Positions 1 through 12,615 of a stretch of DNA of 64,000 bases are shown here, one piece after another. The stretch spans positions 12,276,001-12,340,000 of the forward strand of contig OX597822.1 of NCBI GenBank assembly GCA_951406725.2, given 5' to 3'. Both the position numbers and the translations under genes were made by a program. Every line of letters begins with the position of its first letter. Position 1 is the first letter of the stretch. Source of the DNA: Octopus vulgaris. Its lineage: Eukaryota. The notes under the pieces were generated by a model that saw only the letters and a program-made list of their open reading frames with translations, did not search any database and had not been told where the DNA came from.

Positions 1-1331
1 AAATAGTCAGAGGGAAGCTGATTGCATTCCACGAGGAAATCGACTTACAGATTGATACCCAGCATGGTTTTCTACCTGGTAGGAGCTGCCTGACCCAGCT
101 CTTATAGCACTATGACTGGGTGTTGAGGCAGTTACACAACAGCTCAAATGTGGACGTAATATACCTTGACTTTCCAAAAGCCTTTGATAAAGTGGATCAT
201 ATGCCACAAACTGCGTGATCTTGGCATAGCTGAAAAATTTGGAGAGTGGTTATATGACTTTCTGAAAGATAGAAGTCAGGCAGTAGGGGCTAATGGAGCC
301 ACCTCAAAGAAAGCAAAAATAGTGAGCGGTGTTGCAGAGGACACTGTTTTGAGACCATTGTTTTTCATAGTGACCCTCTGAGATATGCACTCAGCTGCCC
401 GCAAAGCTACACTTGCTAGCTACGATGACGATACGAAAGTCTCGCAGAAAATACAAAATCCTAGCGATGTTGCCCGCCTGCAGCAGGAGTTGGACTCAAT
501 TTACAGATGGGCTGAGGACAATAATATGCAGTGTAATGCTGGAACATTCCAAGCCCTGCGCTACTAGCGCACAAAATAACCGATGTAAAACTTACAGGAT
601 ACACTGGCCCACGAGGGATAACATTCCCAGAACCTAAATGAGTGTGGGAACTTGGTATCGATATGAGTGATGATACCTCCTTCGAAGTACAGAACCAGAG
701 AGAAGGAGACCATGATAGTTCGCTGGAGGAGATTCGGCCGTAGCCGCCTGGACTACTGCTCGCAGCTATTGCCTCCCCACAGTGTACAATTAACAGCGGA
801 CCTTGGAGCAATCCAGCGAAGCTTCACAATGAAGATCGTCTCATTGCAACAGCTCAACTACTGGGAAAGGCTGAAACAGTTAAGACTCTACTCTCTGGAG
901 CGAAAGCAGGAGACATATGCTGTAACATACATCTGGAAGAACCTGGAAGGAATTGTGTCAAATTTTGAAACTGAAAGCTATACAAATGCCAGGACGGGTC
1001 GACAATGCACAGTGTCAAACTCCCCAGCAATACCGTCACGATTCAGGACCAGATATTGCATCAGTCTGTGTTTCAGGGATCCACAATTTTATTTTTATAT
1101 TCTCCCAAAGAGCCTGAGGGACCTACACAAAGTGGATGTAGGTGTCTTTAAATCAAAACTGGATCTCTTTCTGCCGACAGTCTCAGATGATCCTACATTG
1201 CAGGATGCGTTAATATAGGCAGGATATCAAACACCCTTATCCACCAAATGCCACATATCAGAGGAGGCGTTCAATAATAACAGTGTAGCAAAACGGTGGT
1301 ACCCCAGCATGGTCAAAGCTGTGAGCTGAAA
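1..1331 (+). mobile_element. Decayed CR1/L2-like LINE: RT domain, C-terminus and 3' UTR
   Basis: Translation across stops and frameshifts gives QHGFLPGRSCLTQLL, VDVIYLDFPKAFDKVDH, SYDDDTK (YADD-like), RSRLDYCSQL and LNYWERLKQLRLYSLERK, typical of CR1-group ORF2. Confidence 0.85.
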
Positions 1332-2019
1332 ATGGTACCCACCTTTTCGACTGCAGAAATTCCAAATCTGCAAAAACAAGTGGCATTTCAAAAATATATT
1401 TATTTACATATCACATATTATTTCTTCAAATCACATATTTAAGCGCTTTCAATTACTACTGTAGTTTCATCAGAAATGTCAGTTTACAGTGTTTTACCCG
1501 TTTTTATATTATAGGTGAATGAAGTAAGGAGAGAGCGAGAGAGAGAGAGAGAGAGAGATTTGTGGGTAATTATATTACTCCCCTGCTCACAGTCACCCCA
1601 ATCACGGCCTGATCCCACATTGGCTCGGCTCGGCTTCTTCTTTTAAATACATTTGTCAAGACACAATAGGTTATAACTGACATTACGTAATACAGAAAGG
1701 GGAGTTTATGTGGCTATGCACACAAATGTGTTTGCGTGTGTCACACAGTTGTCACATATGCAGACCATTTCTATATAATTATATATAATTAATATACTCA
1801 AATCAAATTACACAACAGACACAGCCATCAATTGCACACACACACACACAGTAATTGCTGGGTGCATTTTGTCTAACTCTTAAGACTTGTTAATCAGATG
1901 TCCTGCATCTAGAGCAGACAGAACAACTTTGCCAAAAAACTATACTGGAAACACCACAACATCAACTTATCCACTTAGTTGCTCTTGTCATCAAAGGCGT
2001 TGCAAACATCATCATCCAA

Positions 2020-2540
2020 TGTGTATGTGTGTCTTAAAACATTCAGGTAAACGCAATCACAATTCCCATGTAAGACATGGGATATTATTCCATTTAAATA
2101 TCCACATATTTATACTAAGATTTTCATCATAAGTATATAGAAACAGAAGCAGAAAAATTAAATATAACAAGATAAAAAAGGAAAACCTAAGATACAGAAA
2201 ATATATAAGGGATATCATTAAAGCAGACAATAAATTAAAAGAGGCCATTCAAAGTATTAGTGCAATCCTGTGGCTGTTTCAGATGTTTGTCTTAAAACAT
2301 TCACACTAGCAAATTCAGAATTCACATGGAAGACATGACGTATTATTCCATTCCAATATTCCCATATTTATATTAACAGTTTCGTGATAACAATATAGAA
2401 ACAGAAACATAAATATCAAAGATCAAACATGAAATAGAAAAACCTAAAATATAGAAAATATATAAGGGGTATCATTAAGTAGACAATAGATTAAAAGAGG
2501 CGAATGAAAATATTACTGCAAACCTGTAGCTGTTTCAGAA
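2020..2540. repeat. Diverged tandem duplication, ~255-bp unit
   Basis: gtcttaaaacattca...agacaat..attaaaagaggc...cctgt.gctgtttcaga occurs twice in tandem. Confidence 0.75.
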
Positions 2541-2663
2541 AATTTTAAAGTGGTTTTACACAACTCACTGTATAAAAACATTTCCTTCCTCAGGGTTCCT
2601 TTCTCAAGGTAGGATCCAGTAAGGCAGCAATTGGTGAGAGTTCAGTTTGTAAAAAGCACAGCT

Positions 2664-4320
2664 TTTGAGTGATTTTTCACCCGATTTTTATTCACCATAA
2701 GGTTTTACACATAGGGGATACTACAACACATTAGGGGCACAAAACATCAAAAAAATAAAATAATAATAATAATCGTATGATAAGATGAGAAAAAGGGTGA
2801 AAATGAGAGATGAAAGTGATGTTAACTGCCCCATCAGTCAACATCACTTACTTGTCCTCCAAAATTTATCCCATATATTTGTTCGAGTTCGTCCCTCTTT
2901 TCTTGTTCCAAACTTTCCCCTTATTAACATATATAGATTTCCAAGTTCATTTTCCAGTCCCAGCATCTGGTTTCCCGTCAGCACTACTTCCATTCCCTCA
3001 TTCCAGCAATCTGGTATTTCTAATTTTCTCCAATCCTTTAAAGTTTCATATAAATACTCATCGTCTATTATTCCAACACAATGTTCTCCTGGTCGGGAGT
3101 TTTGTGTTTTCATGTGTGTACATGTCTTCTGTTTTCTTGTTGGTGGAGAGTAAGTAGGTTTGGTGTCTGCAGGGGAAGTGTGGGCCACAAAGGGTGTGGG
3201 TGGTGCTGGGGTGGGTTGGGGTTCAGAGTCACTTGCCTTTTTCGCCTTTTTCTTTTTCCCGTGGATTCCCATTCTTTTTCATCTTCATTCACTTGGCTCT
3301 CTTCCTTTGCTGTTTCCTTCTGCTCCTCCTGGGGCATTTCTGTTTCTTTCGTTGTTTCTTTATTTATTTCCTTCGCTTGTGTAGTGAAGTTCGCTCTTAT
3401 GTGGCCTTTCAGGTCGCATTTAAAGTATCGGGGGACTCTGCCTTCCACCCATTCTCTCATTGTTATGTCATTCATCGCAATAGTTTCCGATAATTTTTTT
3501 TTAATTTCCAATTCCGCTTGGACGCTCATTTTCAGTGTCCCTCCTCTCCATCCTCCTTCCTCGGTTATAGTTGCTTGGACTATATCTAATTTCTCCTCAT
3601 TTCCATAGATAACCGCTGCTACTATCAATTCTGCGTCGACGTCTGGTGTTACTCCATCCACCCTGATTTTTGTGGTTCTTCTCCCCAGATAAGGGGGTAA
3701 AAGTTTTACCTTACCTGTTTTTACTGTCCTTGCTGCCGTTCATCTTCCCGTTTCTTCATTTTTGAACTGCACTACCACTGTGCCATATTTGTTTCCTCTT
3801 GCGAGGAAGATTATCTCTTCCTCCGTCGTTTTGAGGGCTTCCTCCACCGTTTTCATACTTATTAAACCCACTCTTTTCTTCTCATTAACAAACACTCTAT
3901 ACGTAATTTTTTCCCCTTTCTCTCCTGTTCTTTTTTCTGTTTGACAGTAATGGGTCCGCATCTCCGTTTACCTTTTTAATCATTTCTTAGCACTCTGGTA
4001 ACTTCACCAGGTTTATTTCTCTTTTCGTTGGTTTCGTCACTCCTGCATAGGTTATTCCTTGTAAGACCATGTCTAGTCTTCCTACCGTCTCTACTAACTC
4101 CTCCTCGGAGGAGGATGATAAATCTGACTCACTTGTAAACATTTTTCTTTCCGTTTCCTCTATTCCTCCTCTAAAAGAGGAGGAACCCATTTTCTTCGTC
4201 TGTCTCAGACAAACAAACAAAATTCACCAGTGAATATTCAACACAATTTAACTAACAAACCTTATAACAAAAACCGTATTTTCAAAATTACCAACAAAAC
4301 CGAACGCGTAACTCCTTCGT
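2664..4320 (-). mobile_element. ORF1-only L1/Tx1-like retroelement with disrupted gag-like ORF1
   Basis: ORFs 3987-4220, 3740-3961, 3110-3661 and 2844-3272 join into one broken frame with a degenerate zinc knuckle (VEGRVPRYFKCDLKGHIRANF). A short 3' UTR with AATAAA follows and no ORF2 is present. Confidence 0.6.
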
Positions 4321-4560
4321 TTTTGAGTGATTTTTCACCTCTTTTTTATTATCCATAAAGGACTATACATAGATAGGGACGGTACAATCGGGGAACTTAA
4401 AATAACAGAGGAGGATGAATAAAGACGAAGAAATTGAAAAAAGAATGAAATATAAAAAGATATAATGAGGCGCAATGCCCACTCGACCCCCGAAGTCGAG
4501 TGAATTTTCACCAAATGGCAAAATAAAAACAGGCTTAAATAAGAAATGAAAGTGATTGAC
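4321..4560 (-). mobile_element. 3' end of a related element abutting the ORF1-only element
   Basis: ttttgagtgattttt(t)cacc...ttttttatt...ccataa at 4321-4390 repeats 2664-2735. Confidence 0.55.
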
Positions 4561-4569
4561 AGGTAAACT

Positions 4570-5050
4570 TTTACCCAATCATGCAAATAATAGTCTATGG
4601 GAATATCTCATTTTCGACTCATACTCCTGTAACAAAGGAATAATTTAACATTAAACATTTGTATATAAGTGGTCATTGGATCTAATCCAGATCATATTTT
4701 CCAAAAATAAAAATTATTTTTAAGTTTAAAGAAATTTTTAAGTTGATAAATATTTATGCTCCCAACATATTAAAATGTCTGGAATTTTATTTAATAATAT
4801 GTTTTTATGCAAAGCCTCCAAGATTTAGTATGTGTGTTACATGGTGTTGATTCAGTAATTATCGACCACCTTGAATTATACTCAATGTTACACTCTTTGA
4901 GGTGATTAATGTATGTTGCTAATGTCATGGAATTTTTTATATTTCGGGGAATAAAGGAATTCTTGTGTCCCCTATATCTATTTTTAAAAACAGTACTCCC
5001 AACATAAATTTTCCTATGTCTCGTAGGGCTTACGGAACTAAATTTGCATA
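4570..5050 (+). mobile_element. Highly decayed APE endonuclease fragment (L1/Tx1-like)
   Basis: FKLINIYAPN motif near 4735-4767; flanks are degenerate. Confidence 0.4.
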
Positions 5051-5070
5051 TATATTGAACTAACTTCGTT

Positions 5071-5120
<50 letters not shown>

Positions 5121-5124
5121 CACT

Positions 5125-5220
5125 CTTATACTTGTTTCAGTCATTTGACTGTGGCCATGCTGGAGCATCGCCTTTAGTCGAGTAAATCCACCCCAGCACT
5201 TATTCTTTGTAAGCCTAGTT
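5125..5220 (-). mobile_element. SINE family A 3' fragment
   Basis: cttgtttcagtcatttgactgtggccatgctggagca is the reverse complement of the family A tail. Confidence 0.8.
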
Positions 5221-5919
5221 TCTTATATATTTCTCTGATATTCCATTCGTATACGCCTTTATTAGTTCCATATTAAACTTGGCTTTCCTGTTGAAATTGA
5301 TAATGGAGAGTATTTTCGATAAAATTCGAAGATATAGCTTTTCATGCAAATAGCGAAAATTATTGATATCGAAATTATAATGAACTAAGAAATAGAATGA
5401 CCAGAATTGTTGCGGGACGGCTTTGTAAACCATGAGGTGGACGCAGGCTCAACTTGATCTTGGTCAAGCAGATCTATGGTCTATTCCTATTCGACAATGG
5501 CAAACTAGCCCATTCCTATGTACAGCGAACACCGTGCACCCATTATCAAATGTATCAGTTTAAAAGACGGTCGAAACAGATTCAACGGATTTGGTTGCTA
5601 TTTCTAGCAAACAATAAAAGCACAAATAAGCCAGCTAACACGAAAATTGTTTTTCGTATATGGTGTTGGTGGCGGCGACTGTATTGCCGTTCATCCCATA
5701 ATAAAAAGGTATTCTTGATGTTCCGTTACCATATTTGTAGGCAACGGTTCCTGAACAGCTCTGCTAAAAGAACAAAATCTAAGAACCCGGTAAGAGTGAT
5801 CATTGATGCTGTAACAATTAGCTGGAACTAGCAGTCAAACAGCACCTAGCCTTCTTACAATAATAATTACGCATTGGTTCATTTTGTATAAAATACACAC
5901 CAAAAGACTGTGATAATAA

Positions 5920-6018
5920 CAATAGAAAACAGCAACAACAATAATGATGATGATGATGATGATAATAATAATAATGATAATAATAATAACAACAACAACA
6001 GCAACAATAATAAAAATG

Positions 6019-6079
<61 letters not shown>

Positions 6080-6095
6080 TAATAATAATAATAAA
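5920..6095. repeat. (TAA)n/(TGA)n/(CAA)n microsatellite
   Basis: Direct reading. Confidence 0.95.
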
Positions 6096-6096
6096 A

Positions 6097-6614
6097 TGTC
6101 CTGATGCATTTCCAGGCAGTGGCTCTCATGGCTTCTGATCTTAACTGATTGGAAGTGTTATCATGTACATTGTTTTGTCTTTGTATAAAAGATGGGCTAC
6201 AGCAAATATTCTGCTCAATACTACAGATTTGCTTGTCACTTGTTTGACCTTAACAAGCTGAGCATGTCCCTTGGTAGGTGACGATGTGTGCATCTCTTAA
6301 ACATGAGCAGAAGTAGTGGGGGGGGGGCATCATAGCCATGTGCTGAGAGGAAATTTTGGAGTTTCAATAATTCCCCTTTGGAAACATGGGCGTTTCGTTC
6401 CACATCCTTAAACAATCCTTATTCAGGGACCTTTTGCGCGAGGTGAGCTACTCGACATGAAGAAAATACTAACTAGACCCCCACCGGCAACGTCATTCAC
6501 TGTTTATCTTGATATGAAATCATGTCGCGCACATATGGTTGTGATGCATGTACCTGGTGTATCCTTATTCGATGGGTAGTCATTATGGGTATACTGGGCT
6601 TTGTATATTTTACC
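6097..6614. mobile_element. Non-coding interspersed element (truncated copy) next to (TAA)n
   Basis: Near-colinear match to 50240-50750 (ccaggcagtggctctcatggcttctgatcttaactgattggaag...). Confidence 0.8.
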
Positions 6615-6619
6615 AAAAA

Positions 6620-6880
6620 ATAAAAAGGAATACTATAGACGAAAAACAGAGCTCAATGTTAAAAACAAGATAAGTATCAAAACTCTAATTGTCCCAATTA
6701 TAATTTACAGCAACAATAAAATGGACTCTAAATGAACTAATCAAGATACACAGGGAAACCAAAAATAAAGACAGGAGTTAGGATGCACCACCCAAAATCT
6801 GACACAGAAAGGCTATGCATACAACGTAAAGGAAGTAGTAGAAACCTTTTACATTTAGGAAACTATTACAAAATATGTGT
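6620..6880 (+). mobile_element. R4/Dong-like LINE RT fragment
   Basis: MHHPKSDTERLCIQRKGSSRNL resembles the HPKSDVDRLYLPRxxGGRGL motif. Confidence 0.6.
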
Positions 6881-6899
6881 ATTGGAATATCCCATAGTA

Positions 6900-7149
6900 T
6901 GGTTGCTTTCTCATTTTCTGTGACCTCCGAAATCTTCCTATACCATTATTTTTATGTTGTTATTCCATAGTGTTGGCATAGAATTGTCGTGCCTGTGAAT
7001 ATATTCCTTTTAGCCAGGACTGGGCAACCAAAGAGAATATGATTTAGTGTTTCTTCTCCATCACCAAATATTCTGCAGTTAATTGTATTTCTTTTCCTTA
7101 GGTAATTTTGGTGATTGCTTGTGGGAAGGCTTTGATCAATGTACACCAC
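6900..7149 (-). mobile_element. R4/Dong-like LINE CCHC-region fragment
   Basis: IDQSLPTSNHQ...CRIFGDGEETLNHILFGCPVLAK. Confidence 0.7.
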
Positions 7150-7753
7150 TTGTCAACGTACATCACTAACCCAGAGGGAATATAATAGACGCCACGACAA
7201 TATAGCAAGGCTTGTCCATTAGACACTTTGCAACAGGTATGAATTTGACATAGAAAGAAATTGGTACGAACATTGGTCGGAACATAAACCCGAAGGCATC
7301 ATCGAAAATGATAATGCAAAGATCCTGCGGGATTTTACGATTCAGTGCGACTATGAGATAGAGAATAGAAAACCGTACACAGTCTTAATTGAGAAAGTAA
7401 GCAAACTATGCTGGATCATAGATATAGCGTGCCCAGTTGACAAGTTATGCGATAAGGAAGAAAGAACAGTTGAGAGACATGACAGGTTAGCTTGGGAGGT
7501 TAAGCAGTTGTGGTCGATGCAAAAGGTGGTAGTAGTACCAATAATTGTCGGAGCCCTGGGAACAGTGAGTAAAAATCTTGAGAAGTATATGGAAGAAATA
7601 TTGGCTGCAATAAGTGGGGAGCACTTGCAGAAAACAGCACTGCTTGGAACCGTTCGAATACTTCAGAAGGTGCTCGAAAACTAAAAGGTGTTATCTTAGT
7701 TCACTGGTAATGAACAGCTGATACTGTAGTACATCTCCAGCGTTAGAAGCTGT
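7150..7753 (+). mobile_element. R4/Dong-like LINE 3' end (restriction-like endonuclease and 3' UTR), family A
   Basis: RRHDNIARLVH, RKPYTVLIEK..CWIIDIACP, VPIIVGALG, LQKTALLGT; the UTR runs into (TAA)n. Confidence 0.85.
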
Positions 7754-7799
7754 AATAATAATAATAATGATGATAATAATAATGATAATAATAATAATA

Positions 7800-7845
<46 letters not shown>

Positions 7846-8209
7846 CAGTAATAATGGGGGAGTTGACAGTAGTGGCAAAGATAAGTGTCTCTACACCTGC
7901 CACACAGGGCTCAATACTAATATTTCTAAAGTAGTACACAAATATCTTACGAAACGAAAGGAAAAACTACAACAGTACTCCGAATCCCTTGTCCTATGGG
8001 TAATCTGGAAGCGAGTCCCCCGGGAGAGAACCAGCCTAGGGTTGCAAAGTCATCCACTGGTACAAACTCTTCTATGAATACGAACCTGGATAGTCACTTG
8101 AACGGGAGTTGCGCCAGCTATTGCCAGGATATGCTGAGAATGATATGAGATGTTGAAATATAGCTGAAATATTGGGGAGGGAAAGTGGCGAGGGCAGTAG
8201 TGAAACACC

Positions 8210-10200
8210 ACCATCTAATACAACGAAGCATTTAAATTGATACTGTTTTTCTAAGGATGTGAGCAGTAATTGTCAGCACAATCTTTTAGATTTCTTTGAA
8301 ACAAGGTTCTTCTGGGATGTTATCTAGGTGTTTCTGACATCTCTTTTTTTTATCGTACTTAGGGTACCTGCAATAACAGCTTTTGCCGTATTTCAATTTC
8401 CCAGTACTTGTTTTCGTTAAGAATCACTTACATCTATTAGTTTACAAGTATTTTCTTCCGTGTTATTAATCATTATGTCTAGTCGATTAGCCTGGATCGA
8501 TGTGTCATTGTCAATTTCAAAAATCCCAGACATTGGTGATACTTTTACCGCCAACGCTCAGGATGGTACTCATACTGATGCCTCCACCGTCCTTCATTTA
8601 TTGCAGCCAATATGTAAATACTGTCTCGCACTACCGTGCTAATTTTTGTATTGGTGACATCACAGGAAACGAGATTTTCTATTATTATGCAGAATCTGCC
8701 TCAGCACTGTAATTTCTAGTAAGCTTTGATCTTGTGCAGCCAGTACGAAGCCCTCAGTGTCTATTTGCAATCCTAAACTCCTCAGCCACAGATGGGTTGT
8801 TACTGGGTCTACATCAGCATTCTGACTTCGAAGAATATATATTTTCGAGCAGGAAGAAATGTTAGCACACCGGGCGAAATGCTTAGCGGTATGTCGTCTG
8901 TCGTTACGTTCTGAGTTCAAATTCCGCCGAGGTCGACTTTGCCTTTCATCCCTTCGAGGTCGGTAAATTAAGTACCAGTTACACACTGGGGTCGATGTAA
9001 TCGACTTAATCCGTTTGTCTGTCCTTCTTTGACCTCTCTGTGTCTAGCCCCTTGTGGGTAGTAAAGAAATAGGTATGCCGTCTGCCGTAACGTTTTGAGT
9101 TCAAATTCCACCAGGTTGACTTTGCCTTTCATCCTCTTGGGGTCGATTAAATAAGTACCAGTTACGCACTGGGGTCGATATAATCGACTTAATCTCTTTG
9201 TCTGTCCTTGTTTGTCCCCTTTGTGTTTAGCCCCTTGTGGGTAGTAAAGAAATATAAATAGGTATTTCGTCTGCCGCTACGTTCTGAGTTAAAATTCCGC
9301 CGAGGTCGACTTTACCTTTCATCCTTTCGGGGTCGATTAAATAAGTACCAGTTATGTACTGGGGTCGATATAATCGTCTTAATTCGTTTGTCTGTCCTCG
9401 TTTATCCTCTCTGTATGTAGCCTCTTGTGAGCAGTAAAGAAATAAGAATATATATTGTCGATGCAGGTCTTCTGCATCCACCGTCCTTCAATTTGTTTCT
9501 GCCTGTTTCTTTTGCAGTCCGCTTGATTCGTTTTACTTGCTCGAGAGCAGTGGTTTCAGGTTCTCCATCTTATTCACGGTTACTGTCAAGGTCTCTTGCG
9601 AATTTATAAGCTTCCTTGACAATAAAATGCGACGTTTTGCTACTCTCATCTTCGCACACAAGTCACAGCATCCAGTCTTCTGCACTACATAAGTACCTGT
9701 TCATTTCTATAGTAGAGGTTTTATAGAACAGTTCTAATCATTCCTCTTTCCCTACTACTTCTAGGAAAGTATAGACGGTCAACGTCTGACTTATGGTGGT
9801 GCATGTTCTAAGATGTCAATAATATTCTTGTTTTCCTCTTCAGGCGTTGGAGTTCTGTAAGTTTCGAGTTAATGATGTTAAAACTGTACCGAACTAAAGG
9901 GAGTGTCAGAGTATTAATGGCTTCGAAAGGACATTTAAAGTTAAGCTCAGTTCTCAGTACAAGTCTTATTTTTCTATAGTACTTAATTCACACTTTTCCT
10001 TCATAGTAGCATGATGTATGCTATCTCTTAATTTATTTTCCGATATTTATAATTTTCTTGAGGATCAATTTATTTGATGGTAGTGTGGATATCTAATTCA
10101 ACTGAAGCTATTTGCCTGAGCTTCCCTTCCTGCAAAAAGTTGCCTCAACACACGTATCAAGGTCGAAATCCATTCCTATGTCATTGCTAAGCAATTTAAT
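8210..10200 (-). mobile_element. Decayed R4/Dong-like LINE interrupted by a SINE multimer
   Basis: SNDIGMDF, MHHHKSDVDRLYFPR, WLRSLGLQIDTEGFVLAAQDQSL and ANRLDI occur in the expected order. Confidence 0.7.
8844..9443 (+). mobile_element. tRNA-derived SINE family B, head plus three tandem ~190-bp body units
   Basis: B-box-like gagttcaaattcc and gcctttcatcc.ttcg.ggtcg.taaataagtaccag (Deu/Nin-like domain, inference) repeat three times; flanked by a 13-bp TSD aagaatatatatt. Confidence 0.85.
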
Positions 10201-10427
10201 AGCAGCCCTGGTGTTATTTATGGTTAGCGATACGTTGCACGAGAGCAAACCCAGAATGTGAGAACTAAGTTACTGTTAATTTTTCGAGACCCTGGTACTT
10301 TGGGACTTTCCGGAATTTGACCATATTGTGTCAGAGCGCCACATGGTATTGTGTCCAAAGTTTAAATGAGCACAGGTGCTGTTGGTGTTCTTAGACTCCA
10401 AATATTTTAGATGTCTATTTCAAGGTC

Positions 10428-10560
10428 CTTATCTATACTTGACTCTTCAAATATTATCTTATCTATACTTGATTCTACAAATTTTATCTATACTTGACTC
10501 TTCAAACGTTATCAATAAGTGAATCTTCATATACTATCTTATCTACACATGATTCTTCAA
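10428..10560. repeat. Minisatellite, ~25-29-bp unit (ttatctatacttgactcttcaaa)
   Basis: Four to five degenerate tandem copies. Confidence 0.7.
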
Positions 10561-10728
10561 TTCTTATTACAGAAGTGTTGCAGTCAAAGAACAATAAGAA
10601 TGGTAACATAGTCAATGTTCCTGCGAGTCAAATAAGGGAGAAACGAGTGGGCGTCTCTATCTGTTCCCGACAAGAAAAGGAACTTGTTTAAAACCCGTGC
10701 TGCAAAGCCAAATTCATTTGTCGTGGTT

Positions 10729-10764
10729 TACTACTACTACTACTACTACTACTACTGCTGACTG

Positions 10765-10808
<44 letters not shown>

Positions 10809-10995
10809 GTTGCTGTTGCTGCTGCTTCCGCCTCAACAGATTTTGTTGCTGCTACTGCTCCTGATGATGATGATGATTGTGACGAAGACGACGAATTTAT
10901 GATGCAGCTGCTGCTGCTGCTACCACTACTACTACTACTATTACTACTACTGCTGCTGCTGCTGCTGCTACAACTACTACCATTGCAGCTACTGC
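10729..10995. repeat. (CTA)n/(CTG)n/(GAT)n compound microsatellite
   Basis: Direct reading. Confidence 0.9.
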
Positions 10996-11371
10996 CACAT
11001 GTGTGCGTATTTCCATTAATGCGTTCGTTATCTATTACTGAATCCAGCCCCAGAACAACTGCACCTCGATAGAGACAGACACATGCAAAAACGAAGGAAA
11101 GATTAGATGAATTGGAAACAGAAGGAGAAAGTCAGAGAAGAAAAAAGTGAGAGAGAGAGAGAGAGGGGAATGAGCGAAGTGGGGGTGGGGTGGGCAGTGA
11201 GAAGGAATACTTGATTTTGGTCTTCGTGTACAAATGCATTATAACCGTTTTATTTTTGGTGCAATTCGACGGTTCTCCAAGTACAAGGGAGTTGAACAAC
11301 ACATAGCTGCATCTACGTATGCGGAGTTAGAAGCACACTGTCTCAGATGCATATACACGCGTGCATGTGTG

Positions 11372-11425
11372 TATATATATATATATATAAATATACGTGC
11401 ATTCATAAATATATTTGTGTATGTG

Positions 11426-11488
<63 letters not shown>

Positions 11489-11489
11489 T

Positions 11490-11576
<87 letters not shown>

Positions 11577-11580
11577 TTTA
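11372..11580. repeat. (TA)n microsatellite, one of dozens in the window
   Basis: Direct reading. Confidence 0.95.
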
Positions 11581-12545
11581 TAATGAACCATAAATATACA
11601 TATATATATGTATGTATAAATATGTGTGTCTGTTAGCGTGTGTGTACATATGGTGATCCAAAGCAACTAAACGTACAATAATGCGAAGTTGTTGATGGTA
11701 TCGGTTATATAACTTCTATTGATTAGTACCAAGTGCCCCAATGAAGTACATGAGAAAATTTTATACCACCAAAGAATAATAGTTGAACCAAATTAGATCT
11801 TAAGCAGTAATCCTTTTATCTGATATACGTCGTCACCACAGCCCAGATACAAACCCTATTACCTATGAAGAGAATGCGATAAATTATTTACTTTTTAATA
11901 TATGGAAAACTATTATCGTTAGTTATCGACGTATACCACACTGCTTTACAAACAGTACAGGATATATATATATATGTATATGTGTGTGTGTGTGTGTGTG
12001 TACATATATATATATATATTCATATATATATACACACACATATATACATGCACACACACACATATATATATATATATTTATACATTTTTGCCAGAAATAA
12101 TTGGTACAGTCACTATATTTGCAAAAGTATTTACTAACAGTTATTAATTATTGAAAAAGAAAACGAAACATATTTTTTTTTAGAAAATAGATTGGCAAAC
12201 GTCTTGGAATGAAGTTTACGTATTGTGTGTAAGCGCTTTCTTTGTTCAGTTTTTCAAACACCCGTGTTATTCGGCAATCTGTAGAGAAGAATTTGTTTTT
12301 AGTAGAGGTTACTCTCGATTTAGTTTCGTAGTTGAAGTTTTTGTAATGAATTTATCATTTTTTCCTTTCGTAGTTAATCGTTTCCTTCGTTAATCTTGAG
12401 AAAAGGAAATGTTTTCAATTTGTGCAGCTGTCAAGCTGTTCACTACATGGAACTTTTTCAAAGAAATAAGTCCTTAATTTGTTATTTGTGATCTCTCTCA
12501 TACGATAAATGTCTTTTCTTACTGTTTGCCCGACATTAGATATAT

Positions 12546-12615
<70 letters not shown>

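Noticed and set aside
11234-11666. YI/IY-, poly-I/N/L- and poly-T-rich ORFs here and throughout (e.g. 42877-43702, 46417-46986, 61775-62329)
   Set aside because: They are translations of stop-free microsatellites, not proteins.
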